DNA of 64,000 nt, taken from assembly GCA_044376115.1 (NCBI GenBank), contig JBILLK010000004.1, positions 1-64,000 on the forward strand. Reading direction: 5' to 3'. The notes below the pieces were generated by a model, which saw only the letters and a list, made by a program, of their open reading frames with translations, was not told where the DNA came from and did not search any database. A program made the position numbers and the translations under genes. Of this stretch, positions 17,805 through 27,496 are shown in pieces (the stretch's first letter is position 1; the number at the start of each line of letters is the position of its first letter). Origin of the DNA: Polyangiaceae bacterium (lineage in GTDB: Bacteria; Myxococcota_A; Polyangia; Polyangiales; Polyangiaceae).

Positions 17805-19336
17805 TTTTTTGCTCCCGACTTCGGCTTGGAGGTAGGCGCGGCTTCAGCGTCGGGCTTCTTGATCGGCTCGATGCGCAGAATGACGCGCGAACTCAGATCG
17901 AGCGTTTGCTTGGCGACCGCGCTCACGGAAGCGGTGGTCACCGCGCGATACCTCGCTAAGTCCTTACCGATGAAACCTGGGTCCCCCGCGAAGGACTCAT
18001 ACAATGCGAGCGACGAGGCCCGTTCGGGGAGCGACTCCAAGCCGAGCACGAAGGAGGTCTCGTATTCGACCTTGGCGCGATCGACTTCTGACGCGGTCAA
18101 GCCCTTGTCCAACAAGGTGGACAGCACTTTGTCGATCTCCGCCTCGAGGGTGTCGAGCGACACGCCCGGGCGCGCCGTAGCCTCGATCGAAAAGATGCTC
18201 GAGAGATCCTGCGAACTCTGGGAGGCCTGTACCGACTGAGCCAGCTCCTTGTCGAAAACCAGCGACTGATAAAGGCGGCTCGTCTTTCCGCGCACCAGCG
18301 TGTTTGCCAAGAGATCCAGTTCGGCGTCCCCCGCGGCGAAACGCTTGGGGCTGTGCCAGGACATGATGATCTTGCCGAGCTGAATGTTGTCCTCGGTCAA
18401 CGTTTCACGCACGACGCGCCCGAGCTTGGGTGCAGCCGGTTCAATAGCGGGCTCCGCCGTAGCGCTGGGCTCGGCGGCCTTGAGCAAGCCAAACCACGCT
18501 TCGATCTTGGCTTTGGTTTCATCGACGTCGAAGTCTCCGGCAACCACCAACGCGAGGTTGTTGGGTACGTAGTGCGTCGCAAAAAACGCCTTCACGTCCT
18601 CGACCTTGGCGGCCTCGAGATCCTCATGCGAGCCGATCACAGGGTGGTGATAAGGATGCCCCTCGGGATAGAGCAGCTCGGGGAGACGGAGCTCGGCCTT
18701 GCCATACGGCTGGTTTTCGCTCGTCTGCCGTCGTTCATTGCGCACCACGCCGCGTTGCGCGTTGAGGCGCTCGAGGGTCATGTTTTCACCGAGCGCGCTG
18801 AGCCGATCGGCCTCGAGCCAGAGCAGCAGTGGCAGTGCGTGAGCGGGCGCAAAGTCGAAGTAGTTGGTGCGGTCTTCACTCGTCCAGGCGTTGTTCGCTC
18901 CGCCCTCGACCTCCATCCATTTGTCGAAGGCACCGGTCGGTACGCGCGCGGTGCCCATGAACATCAGGTGCTCGAACAGGTGCGCGAAGCCGGTCAGCCC
19001 TTTGCGCTCGAAGCGCGAGCCCACCTTGACCACGATATCGACCACCACCATCGGGATGTCAGGGTCCGGCGAGAGGATCACCGTCAGCCCGTTCTTCAGC
19101 TGGTACTTCTCGAACGGGATGGCGATCTCACCCGCGCTGTCTTTACGCGGAGCGGGCGGCTGCGCGGGCCCTGGTAGGCCGGCCGACCCCACGCTGGCGG
19201 GGCGCAAGGGCGAAGCTACTTGAACTGGCTCAGGCCCAGGCTTAGGCGCGACTTGGTCGGCTAGGCCGGTGGAGGCCGGAACCGAAAGCAAGATCGGAAG
19301 GAGCACCGAGGGAACGACTCGCGACAACCTGCGCAT
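17801..19336 (-). CDS. M16B zinc peptidase, catalytic subunit
   Basis: GFAHLFEHLMF (HxxEH), NNAWTSEDRTNYF, VVRNERR; GTGA overlap with its partner. Confidence 0.92.
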   Translation of the reverse strand: MRRLSRVVPSVLLPILLSVPASTGLADQVAPKPGPEPVQVASPLRPASVGSAGLPGPAQPPAPRKDSAGEIAIPFEKYQLKNGLTVILSPDPDIPMVVVDIVVKVGSRFERKGLTGFAHLFEHLMFMGTARVPTGAFDKWMEVEGGANNAWTSEDRTNYFDFAPAHALPLLLWLEADRLSALGENMTLERLNAQRGVVRNERRQTSENQPYGKAELRLPELLYPEGHPYHHPVIGSHEDLEAAKVEDVKAFFATHYVPNNLALVVAGDFDVDETKAKIEAWFGLLKAAEPSATAEPAIEPAAPKLGRVVRETLTEDNIQLGKIIMSWHSPKRFAAGDAELDLLANTLVRGKTSRLYQSLVFDKELAQSVQASQSSQDLSSIFSIEATARPGVSLDTLEAEIDKVLSTLLDKGLTASEVDRAKVEYETSFVLGLESLPERASSLALYESFAGDPGFIGKDLARYRAVTTASVSAVAKQTLDLSSRVILRIEPIKKPDAEAAPTSKPKSGAKK

Positions 19337-19375
19337 GCCGCGGAGATTCGTGCAAAGGGCCGAGCGATGCAACCC

Positions 19376-20707
19376 TCACTTCAAGCGGACCACCAAGCTC
19401 GCGAGGACGCCCGGCAAGGTCGCGAGGAACGCCACGAAAAAGAAGCGCCCGGCTCCGAGGCTCCCGTAGAGGTAGCCGCTGGCCGCACCGAGCCCCATCG
19501 CGGCGACGCTCATCACCGACGAGGCAAAGGCGAAGTGAACGGTCTTGAAGCGACCGTGGCAGAGCTTGAGGATGAAGCTGGTGAAGGCTGCGGTGCCCAT
19601 CCCGGCGATGAACTGCTCGATCACGACCGTCGCGCTGATCAAGTGAAGCGACTGGACGGTGAACCCGGCGATCTGCAGCGAAGGCGCTGCCGAGACGTGC
19701 GCGCCGGAGTGCGCGAGCCCGTGATAGAGCAGGATGGCGGTGCTCTGCAGCACGGTGATCGGCACGAACAGTTTGCGGAAGGAGAAGCGCGCGAGCACCA
19801 CGCCGCCGAGGATCGACCCGGCGATCGAGGCTGCGGTGCCGAAGGTACCGTTCACCACCCCGCGCAACGTCGTATCCATCCCGAGCGAGCCGAGGAACTT
19901 GGCGTTCATCGCGAACAAGAGCGCGTCGCCCGCGCGGTAGGTCAACAGCAGCACGATGCAGGTGATCGCTAGCGGTTGCGCAAGAAAGGCGCGCGCGGCC
20001 TCAGCGCTGGTCGGCGCTGCAGCGACCTCGGCAGGCTCCACGCTGGCTTTGGTCGGTCCAGTCGGTTGTGCCGAATCACGCGCCAGGAGCACGGCGTGAA
20101 CCCCGGCGAGCAACGTCAAGATCGCGGAGAGCACATACAGCGCGGGTCCAAAGCCGTACTCTCCGGCAAAGGCGACCAGCGGCCCCGCTCCGACCAACAT
20201 TGCCACGCGGAAGGAGCTGATGCGCACGCCGGAGAAGGAGGACTGCTTGGCGGTCTCGAGCGTCCGTAGGTAGTAGCCGTCGATCGCGATGTCGTTGGTC
20301 GCCGCAAGAAAGGCAGCTGCGATCAGCGCCGCAACCAGGAACGGCAGCGGCGCGCCGACGCTGACCAAGCCACCCATGATCAGGCAAACCAGCGCCAGCG
20401 CCAGTTGTGCGCCGATCATCCAGCTCTTGGTCGAGGACGTCCGCTCAACCAACGGGGACCAAAGGAACTTCACCAGCCAAGGTGCGTGAAGCAGCGAGGC
20501 CAGCCCTACCAGCTGGGCGCTGAACCCGGCGCTGGTGAAATACTGCTGGCCGACCACCTGATGCACGACCGAATAGGGTAACCCCTCGGCGAAGTAGGTC
20601 GTGGCGACCCAAACCAGGGGCTGACTCTGAAGCCAGCGCAGCGATCGGCCTGCATTTTTCAAGGGCGGGTTTGCCAGGGGGACTCGCTCGAGTTGACTGG
20701 CCTCCAT
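19376..20707 (-). CDS. AmpG-like MFS permease
   Basis: YFAEGLPY, PWLVKFLWSP, ATNDIAIDGYY, about 12 TM segments. Confidence 0.85.
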   Translation of the reverse strand: MEASQLERVPLANPPLKNAGRSLRWLQSQPLVWVATTYFAEGLPYSVVHQVVGQQYFTSAGFSAQLVGLASLLHAPWLVKFLWSPLVERTSSTKSWMIGAQLALALVCLIMGGLVSVGAPLPFLVAALIAAAFLAATNDIAIDGYYLRTLETAKQSSFSGVRISSFRVAMLVGAGPLVAFAGEYGFGPALYVLSAILTLLAGVHAVLLARDSAQPTGPTKASVEPAEVAAAPTSAEAARAFLAQPLAITCIVLLLTYRAGDALLFAMNAKFLGSLGMDTTLRGVVNGTFGTAASIAGSILGGVVLARFSFRKLFVPITVLQSTAILLYHGLAHSGAHVSAAPSLQIAGFTVQSLHLISATVVIEQFIAGMGTAAFTSFILKLCHGRFKTVHFAFASSVMSVAAMGLGAASGYLYGSLGAGRFFFVAFLATLPGVLASLVVRLK

Positions 20708-20863
20708 CGTCGATGGCGATACACGAACCCAAACTTTTGCCAAAGATTTCCTCAGAACTTACGCCGTTGCCGTGTTTCTGCGGGCCCGGGGCCGAGTTGT
20801 CTCCGAACCGCCGCTAGAACATGGACAGCACAGCAAAAGCCTCGTACTCATCGCCGTGAGTTC

Positions 20864-22081
20864 GTGAACGAATACACGCGGCGCGAAGAAGTTCGGTGGA
20901 TGTTAGTGTCCGCTGTCCTCCTCGTAGGTTCAGTGGCGGCTTCGCTTGGTCTGCTGATGACGGCCCAAGGTCCGATTCGCGCCAGCAAAGAAGCCGAAAC
21001 GCTTGCGGCCCAGGCCGAGGCGCGTGCCAAGGGACTCGAAGAGTGCGTGGTCGCAGCGAAGGCGTTGACCAAAGAGGTGGCCGTCTTTCGCGATGTAGCG
21101 GCGGCCTCGCAGGTGTTCGAGGAGGCAGAGCCCGCCCCCAGCGCCGGCTCCCCGAAGCCCAAACCGAAGGTTCGTCCGCCGGTCGCGACCGACAAGGCCT
21201 GGTCGGCCGCGAAGAATACCCACGCTGCCGCGACGCGGTTGCTCTTCTGCCAAGAGTCGGCAAACGCCGTGGCGACTCCCCACGAAGTAGCGAAAGACGG
21301 TTGGGGAGCCGTTCAAACGGTCAAGACCATCGACGCTCCCTCGGTGGGCAGCCCGGATCAGCTTTCAGCGGCGAAACGAGTGTTGTCGGCGGTGGACAAA
21401 GCCCCGCTCGAGGCTGTTGTGGATCACGTGACCTTCGCCTTCGAGACGGCTTCCGCAGACGCGGTCACCCTGCGCGAAGCCGCCAACGGGACCCTGGTTC
21501 GTCAGCCGCTTCCGAAGGGCTTGCTCGGGCGTGAAGTGGCCATGTTCGCCGGGGTACTGCTCTCGATCGTGGCGTTGCTGCTCAGCTTCTTCAGCTTGCG
21601 CGCCCGCTCGATTCGACGCGAGGCCGCTTTGGCGCCGTATCGCAAGGCGGTCCGCTCGCCGGAGCGCGGCATCCAAGCTGCCACCATCATTCGGCTCGCA
21701 ACCGAAGCCAACGGTGGTGAACCGGGCATCGTCATTGGCGCCGCCGTACTCGGCCTGGTCGCTGCGTTCGTTGGGCGGGTCGACGCTGACTGGTACGTGG
21801 TCGGCGTGATGCTCGGCGTGTTGTTGGGCGTGCTCGGTCAATTGGTCACGCGCAACTTGGGTGGCGTTACAAAGTTCCGTGAGCGGGTGCTGGCACTGAC
21901 CGAGTTGGAGAAGCCCGCCGTGCCGATGGTGCTCGTGCTCAGCGAAGTGAAGGCCGGCTCGGAGCAGGACTTCCTCAGCTTCTTCCTCAAGCTCTCTGCC
22001 TCCGAAGCAGCGCTCGCGGTGGAAAAGCTCGCCACGCAGGCCGAGGAGCAGATCTTGATCGCGGCCGACGCCAAGCGCTGA
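20864..22081 (+). CDS. Hypothetical membrane protein
   Basis: Long ORF; TM, soluble domain, then three TM segments; GTG start at 20864 inferred. Confidence 0.65.
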   Translation: MNEYTRREEVRWMLVSAVLLVGSVAASLGLLMTAQGPIRASKEAETLAAQAEARAKGLEECVVAAKALTKEVAVFRDVAAASQVFEEAEPAPSAGSPKPKPKVRPPVATDKAWSAAKNTHAAATRLLFCQESANAVATPHEVAKDGWGAVQTVKTIDAPSVGSPDQLSAAKRVLSAVDKAPLEAVVDHVTFAFETASADAVTLREAANGTLVRQPLPKGLLGREVAMFAGVLLSIVALLLSFFSLRARSIRREAALAPYRKAVRSPERGIQAATIIRLATEANGGEPGIVIGAAVLGLVAAFVGRVDADWYVVGVMLGVLLGVLGQLVTRNLGGVTKFRERVLALTELEKPAVPMVLVLSEVKAGSEQDFLSFFLKLSASEAALAVEKLATQAEEQILIAADAKR

Positions 22082-22152
22082 ACGAGCAGCACGGTCCCTT
22101 CGCAAAAGCGCTGGGTGGCGCGAACGGCAAGGAATTGAGCTAGTTTCGAAGG

Positions 22153-23133
22153 ATGAAGTTCGTCCCCGCGCTAAGCGTGGCTGCTGTGCTGTTGGCTTCC
22201 GCTTGTAGTGATGGCGGCTCGAGCGCTGGAGAGTCTGGAGGGTCGGGAGGCTTTGGTGGTAGCGGCGGAGTCGGCGCTTCCGGGGGCACCATGCTCGCTA
22301 GCGGTGGGCAAGGTGGAAGCGGAGGCACCGCAGGCGCAGGGGCGGCTGCGGAAGGCGGAGGTGGGGGCAACGTGGGGCCTCTGACCAGCCCGGGCTGCGT
22401 CGACGGGCAAGGCTTGGCCGAAGGCGAGCACACCTTCACGCTCGAGGACCGTTCACGCCGCTACGTCCTGCGGCTGCCTGTCGGCTACACCAAGGACAAG
22501 GCTTGGCCGCTGGTCCTGGCGTTGCACGGCAATGGAGGCAGCGTGAGTTATTGGGACGTGACCAGCGGGGAGCGCAACATCCGCGGCGTGCTCGAGAACG
22601 AAGCCATCCTGGTGATCGCTGAGGCGATTGACGGCAACTGGCGTGACTACGACACGCCGCCGGAGAGCTGGCCGGCGCGCCTCGAGAGTGAGCTGCTTTA
22701 CTTTGAGCAGGTGCTGACGGAGGTGAGAACCGACCTGTGCATCAACGAGGAAGCGATCTTCTCGATGGGCTTCAGCGGCGGAGGCTCCTTCTCGGGTGTG
22801 CTCGGCTGCAGGCGAAGCGACATCCGCGCGATCGCCGTGGGCGGCTCGGTGATCTACTTCGACGAAGCCGACTGTCTCAACACCCCGGCGGCCTGGATCA
22901 CCATCGGAACGCAGGAACTCACGCCCGACCGCGAGGCTTTCCGAGACTTCTTCCGCGATCGTGCGATGTGCTCGGCGAGCTCGGTCAGCGCTGAACCGAG
23001 CCCGTGCGTCGCGTACGAAGCATGTTCGAGCGCGACCCCGGTTCACTATTGCCAGCACCCCGACGGCCACATTTGGCCCGCGTTCGGCAGCGAAGCCATG
23101 TGGTCGTTCTTCTCTCAGTTCGTCGCTCGCTGA
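22153..23133 (+). CDS. Alpha/beta hydrolase lipoprotein (PHB depolymerase / feruloyl esterase-like)
   Basis: Lipobox ASAC, Gly linker, PLVLALHG, GFSGGG nucleophile motif, HPDGH. Confidence 0.82.
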   Translation: MKFVPALSVAAVLLASACSDGGSSAGESGGSGGFGGSGGVGASGGTMLASGGQGGSGGTAGAGAAAEGGGGGNVGPLTSPGCVDGQGLAEGEHTFTLEDRSRRYVLRLPVGYTKDKAWPLVLALHGNGGSVSYWDVTSGERNIRGVLENEAILVIAEAIDGNWRDYDTPPESWPARLESELLYFEQVLTEVRTDLCINEEAIFSMGFSGGGSFSGVLGCRRSDIRAIAVGGSVIYFDEADCLNTPAAWITIGTQELTPDREAFRDFFRDRAMCSASSVSAEPSPCVAYEACSSATPVHYCQHPDGHIWPAFGSEAMWSFFSQFVAR

Positions 23134-23166
23134 AGCCGTTGCGGCGCCGGCTGCAAGCTCCGCCTT

Positions 23167-24432
23167 TCAACGCGGCGGCTTGTTACCGGCGGGCGGCTTA
23201 CCCGGCGCACCCGGAGCAACTGCCCCCGGAGCAGCCTCCTCCTCACCACCGAGTTGCACGTTCACCTCGATACGGAACTCTCGAGCAGACGGCGCGTTCG
23301 GCTCGGCCCCCGGAGGCATCACCTGCGCTGCCATCCGCTGTTGCAAGAGACCCTGGTTGGGCCACCTGGAGCTCGGAACGACCAGCGTCACACCTTTGCC
23401 GTCCACCGCGTAGGCGCCCATCACCGCGTCGGGCATGCCCAACGCCGAGAGCAGCGTGGACGTCGGATCGGCCGCGTATTGACGAAGTTCGATCGAGAGG
23501 GTCGCTTGATCACCGTCGATCTTGACGACCCGGAACAACCTGTAGCGGACGACGTCGGAGCCGTACGAAGAGCGTCGGTCGGTCACCATCCAAAAGGCGC
23601 CCTCCCCCACCGGTTTCTCGGGTGCTGGGGTGTACATCGCGGTGAGCGTGTCTTCGATCGCGCCGAACTCCAGATCCAGGAGCTGCAGCGACTGCGCGTC
23701 GGGGGCCGTAGCGAACTTGCGCGCGAAGCGGCTGGGGCCCGTCTTCGTCATCGTGAAGTCGATGGTGCCACCCTTCATCGCGTCGAGCAGTTGCTTCAGC
23801 GGCTTGGGAACGTCCCCTTCGCCGGCGCCAGCGACGGTCGCGCCGATGATCGTCACCACCAGCGGCCGGTCCGCACCAGGTGCAGCGGGGGGCGCGACCG
23901 CCGGGCCCGCCGAGGCGCTGCTCGAGGCGGCGGGCGACGCGCCGTCAGCCTTCTTACCCGCGGGCTTTGCGTCTTTGGGCTCGGCCGGCACGGGTGCGCT
24001 GCCGGGCGGACCGACGTGCACCTTCAGGTCGAGCGGCGGTAACGAATCCTGGCCGATCTTGAGCGATACGCGCAGCGGTAGGACCTGTGTGTCGGAGACG
24101 GCGCTGGCGTGCAGCAGGACCTTCGGGTCCTGGCCGTCACCCACCAACTCGAGCTTGGGCGGCGCACCAGCCTTGTGCGCGGCGTCCGCCGCGCCCTTCG
24201 CGAAGATGCCGTTGGGCGGAGGTTGGTTGGCCGCTGCCGACGGGCTCGCCGAGCTCTTGCCGTCGAGCGACTTCGCCGCTTCATCGAGCTTTCCGCCCAT
24301 GTTGGGGTCTTTGCCGGCGCTGGCGGCCGCCGAGGTTGAGACCTTGCTCGCCGGCGGGTCGCCACAGGCAACGGCGAACAGGCACAGACCGACGATCAAG
24401 CGACCAAAACGAACCGAGGGCGCACGCCACAT
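23167..24432 (-). CDS. Hypothetical lipoprotein
   Basis: Lipobox AVAC, Pro/Ala linkers, PVGEGAFW motif. Confidence 0.7.
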   Translation of the reverse strand: MWRAPSVRFGRLIVGLCLFAVACGDPPASKVSTSAAASAGKDPNMGGKLDEAAKSLDGKSSASPSAAANQPPPNGIFAKGAADAAHKAGAPPKLELVGDGQDPKVLLHASAVSDTQVLPLRVSLKIGQDSLPPLDLKVHVGPPGSAPVPAEPKDAKPAGKKADGASPAASSSASAGPAVAPPAAPGADRPLVVTIIGATVAGAGEGDVPKPLKQLLDAMKGGTIDFTMTKTGPSRFARKFATAPDAQSLQLLDLEFGAIEDTLTAMYTPAPEKPVGEGAFWMVTDRRSSYGSDVVRYRLFRVVKIDGDQATLSIELRQYAADPTSTLLSALGMPDAVMGAYAVDGKGVTLVVPSSRWPNQGLLQQRMAAQVMPPGAEPNAPSAREFRIEVNVQLGGEEEAAPGAVAPGAPGKPPAGNKPPR

Positions 24433-24489
24433 GGGCGCCGGTCTACCGCATGCAAGACCTCAAGTCGAGCGCAGCCGCGTGCGACTTGG

Positions 24490-25734
24490 TTAGCGTCGGA
24501 TCGGATCGACGCGACTCGCACCGAGCGACGCGGCCAACTGCTCGGCCTGTTCCTGACCGCAGACCAACACGCGCGACGAGCCGCCTCTCCCAGCGCCAAA
24601 CACGACGCTCGAATCCTGCTCGCTCACCGCTGAAATCGGCCCTGCTACCTCGAGCAAAAAGGTCTCATTGGGCGGCATCTGCGACTGCGAACCGACGCGA
24701 CCACGCACGCCCTGCTCGAGGTCCGCGAAGGTCTCCGCCGAATAGACTGGAGCCGCCTCGCTCGCCGGGTAATCCCGAGGCTCGGCGAACACTTGCGCAA
24801 GACGCACCGGATCCTTGGAAACGAGGGCGAGTACGACCTTGGCAAAGGAGGCAACCAACGCCACGTCCTCCGGCTCGATCCGCCGCGGAGAAAGCGAGAG
24901 ACCGCAAAGAGAGCCCAAGATCGGCGCTTCCCCTTCCAGGCCGGCCTCGTGCCGAATCAACGGCACGCCCAAATACGAGCGCGCGCCGATGGCTCGCACC
25001 AAGTCACTGGCACGAAAGAAAGGCTCGGCCGCGGCGTCTTCAACGATGAAGGGCTCGCGTGCTGAGAGCGTGTGCGTACAGAAGGAGAGCTCCCGCGGAA
25101 CGATATCCAAGTGAGCCAGATGTTTTGGCGTGCCGTGATGCACCCTGTGAATGGTGTCCCCGCCGTCCACTGCGCTGACGTAAACCATCTCCAACGAAAG
25201 GAACTGCGCCAACTGCTCGAGCACGCGACGCAAGGCCGCGTCTGTCGCCTTTTCCTGCTCCGCGGTTGGACCAAAAGCGCCTCGAAGCCCCAGCTCTCGC
25301 GCCAAGCGCGAACGCTCGACCTCCTTTGGGTCGAGCATGTGCAGCCGCCCGACGGCCTCGTTCGGCGGACGCAACGGCTCGGGCGCGCGCAAGGTGGGCG
25401 CAATACTCCGCGTGAGAGGCGGGGCGGGCTTGGCGGGAGCACCAACCGCCGCGAGGATCTTCGACTTCAGGTTCGGCGCCACCTGCGCCGGCGCCAGCTC
25501 AGCCGGCGCCTCACCTTCGTTGGCTGCCTGAGCGAGCTCAACCACGATGTCCGACACGTTGCAAAGCGCTCGCGCTGACGGGGAATGACCGTTGGCTGCT
25601 TTGACCACGATCTCCGAATCGGCCCCCGGGAGCTCCGACGCGTCGAGGAAGTGATCGAGCGCGCTCTCACGTAGCCCGGATTGAGGATCGACCCCTCCCT
25701 CCGTTTGAGCGTCGTGATGTCGAGACTGGGCCAT
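24490..25734 (-). CDS. GAF-domain protein
   Basis: PRELSFCTHTL, FIVEDAAAEPFF, RSYLGVPL, LGSLC; GAGG RBS. Confidence 0.8.
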   Translation of the reverse strand: MAQSRHHDAQTEGGVDPQSGLRESALDHFLDASELPGADSEIVVKAANGHSPSARALCNVSDIVVELAQAANEGEAPAELAPAQVAPNLKSKILAAVGAPAKPAPPLTRSIAPTLRAPEPLRPPNEAVGRLHMLDPKEVERSRLARELGLRGAFGPTAEQEKATDAALRRVLEQLAQFLSLEMVYVSAVDGGDTIHRVHHGTPKHLAHLDIVPRELSFCTHTLSAREPFIVEDAAAEPFFRASDLVRAIGARSYLGVPLIRHEAGLEGEAPILGSLCGLSLSPRRIEPEDVALVASFAKVVLALVSKDPVRLAQVFAEPRDYPASEAAPVYSAETFADLEQGVRGRVGSQSQMPPNETFLLEVAGPISAVSEQDSSVVFGAGRGGSSRVLVCGQEQAEQLAASLGASRVDPIRR

Positions 25735-25842
25735 GATTCCTCGTGCTTCGAACCGCAAATTGTCGCTGCGAAAAGCCGTACGCGTGAACTTGGCGGCCGG
25801 TCGCACGCCCATGCAACTTTGTTTAGTTAAACGCTCTCGAAG

Positions 25843-27402
25843 TCAAGCTGGCATCCGCGGGGTGACCGGGATTGTGCCTTGGAGCTCCTGCTCGAGCGCC
25901 ACCATGCACTCGAGCACCGCCTCATCTTGGAACGGCCGACCCACGATCTGAACGCCGACGGGAAGCCCTTCGCTCGCTCGGTCGACCAAGATCGCGGTGG
26001 TCTCGATGCGGTCTCGAGTGAGCGGCTCACGCGCCGTTTCACTTTTGAGAACGCTGGTCACCGGCACCACGCCGGCCGGGAACTGCACCAGGTTCCAGAG
26101 CATCGAATAGCAGCCCGCCAGCAGGAATTCGGCTGATTTTGTATGAGGAACGGCCGGGGTCGCGTGGGCCGGGCACAACACCAAGTCGACCTTGGCAGCG
26201 GCCATCGCCGCGAGCAGCGTCAAGCGGTAGTCGCGGGCCGCCTTGGTTAGCCGCCAAAGCTCGGCCACCGACTTCTCCCCGAGTTGCCGCAGGACGAAGG
26301 CCGTGCGCCCTTCGCCCAGCGCGTCCAGGCCCTGCGCCAGCAGCAACCGTGCGGCGTTGGGCAACGCTGCGGTTCGCAGCAGCGGCGCGAGCACCGGCTC
26401 GACCGGTGAGTGCGCAATCAGCCCGCGCGCCGTAACTCCGCCGTCTGCGCTCATCAGCGCAAAATAGAGGGCGATCGCCTCACGAACGGCGGGCGGCATG
26501 AACGGCACCAGCTCGTAACCGCGCCGGCCGAGCGCCACGCCGGCTTGCTCGATGGCCCGCCTCACCGCCGGGCTTGGGCGCACGATCGAATCATCGTCGT
26601 AGAAGCCGATGCGCAGCGGCCTATCCGATTCTGCTGCGGTCGGAGATACCAACGGATCATGGGCGGCCATGTGCCGGGTATCCAGCGCGCGGAAGAACAA
26701 GGCCACGTCAGCGGCGCTGCGCGCCATCGGCCCGACCTGGCTGCGAATCGCCTCCTGGCCCACCAGCGCGCCGTTGGAGCCGCGATTCGACCAGCGATCG
26801 AGCGACGGCTTGAGGCCCGCGATGCCGCACCAAGCCGCCGGAACACGGATGCTGCCTCCGATGTCGGTGCCGACGCCGAGCGCCGATAGCCCGATCGCTA
26901 GAGCGGCCCCTTCTCCGCCCGAAGATCCGCCCGGTGCGTGCGCCGAACTCCACGGATTCTTGGTCACGCCGAACACCGGGTTGCGCGTCTCGTGCGAAAG
27001 CAAAAGCTGCGGCACGTTGGTGCGACCAACGACCACGCCGCCCGCCTTGCGCACCGCCTGCACGATCACGGCGTCGGAGCTCGCGCGCATCGTCTTGCGG
27101 TGCTCGATGCCCAGGGTGGAGGCGTGCCCCGCCATATCGAGGTTCTCTTTGATGGTAACCGGCAACCCGGCCAGCGGGCCGAGCGGCTCGCCGTGTTTGC
27201 GTGCGTTGTCGATGGCGCGGGCCCGTTCCAAGGCGTCGCCGCGCGTCGACTCGACGAAAGCACCAACACGCGCCTCGATCGTCACGGCTCGGTCGACGTG
27301 GCTGCGAACGACCTCCTCGGCGGAGACCTCTCTTCGCACCAGCAGGTCCAGCAGCTTCACGGCGGAGGAATGAACGAGCGGGTCGTTCAGATCGTAGGTC
27401 AT
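25843..27402 (-). CDS. Amidase signature family (fatty-acid amide hydrolase-like)
   Basis: TIKEN, PGGSSGGEG, GTDIGGSIRVPA (Ser-cisSer-Lys triad). Confidence 0.92.
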   Translation of the reverse strand: MTYDLNDPLVHSSAVKLLDLLVRREVSAEEVVRSHVDRAVTIEARVGAFVESTRGDALERARAIDNARKHGEPLGPLAGLPVTIKENLDMAGHASTLGIEHRKTMRASSDAVIVQAVRKAGGVVVGRTNVPQLLLSHETRNPVFGVTKNPWSSAHAPGGSSGGEGAALAIGLSALGVGTDIGGSIRVPAAWCGIAGLKPSLDRWSNRGSNGALVGQEAIRSQVGPMARSAADVALFFRALDTRHMAAHDPLVSPTAAESDRPLRIGFYDDDSIVRPSPAVRRAIEQAGVALGRRGYELVPFMPPAVREAIALYFALMSADGGVTARGLIAHSPVEPVLAPLLRTAALPNAARLLLAQGLDALGEGRTAFVLRQLGEKSVAELWRLTKAARDYRLTLLAAMAAAKVDLVLCPAHATPAVPHTKSAEFLLAGCYSMLWNLVQFPAGVVPVTSVLKSETAREPLTRDRIETTAILVDRASEGLPVGVQIVGRPFQDEAVLECMVALEQELQGTIPVTPRMPA

Positions 27403-27496
27403 GGCGCCCGCATACTGCTCCTAACGCGACCATGGAAACAAGCTCGCAACGACGTGCGGGCTGGTCCTCCTGCGTAAAGCGGGCTATCGGCGGCCC

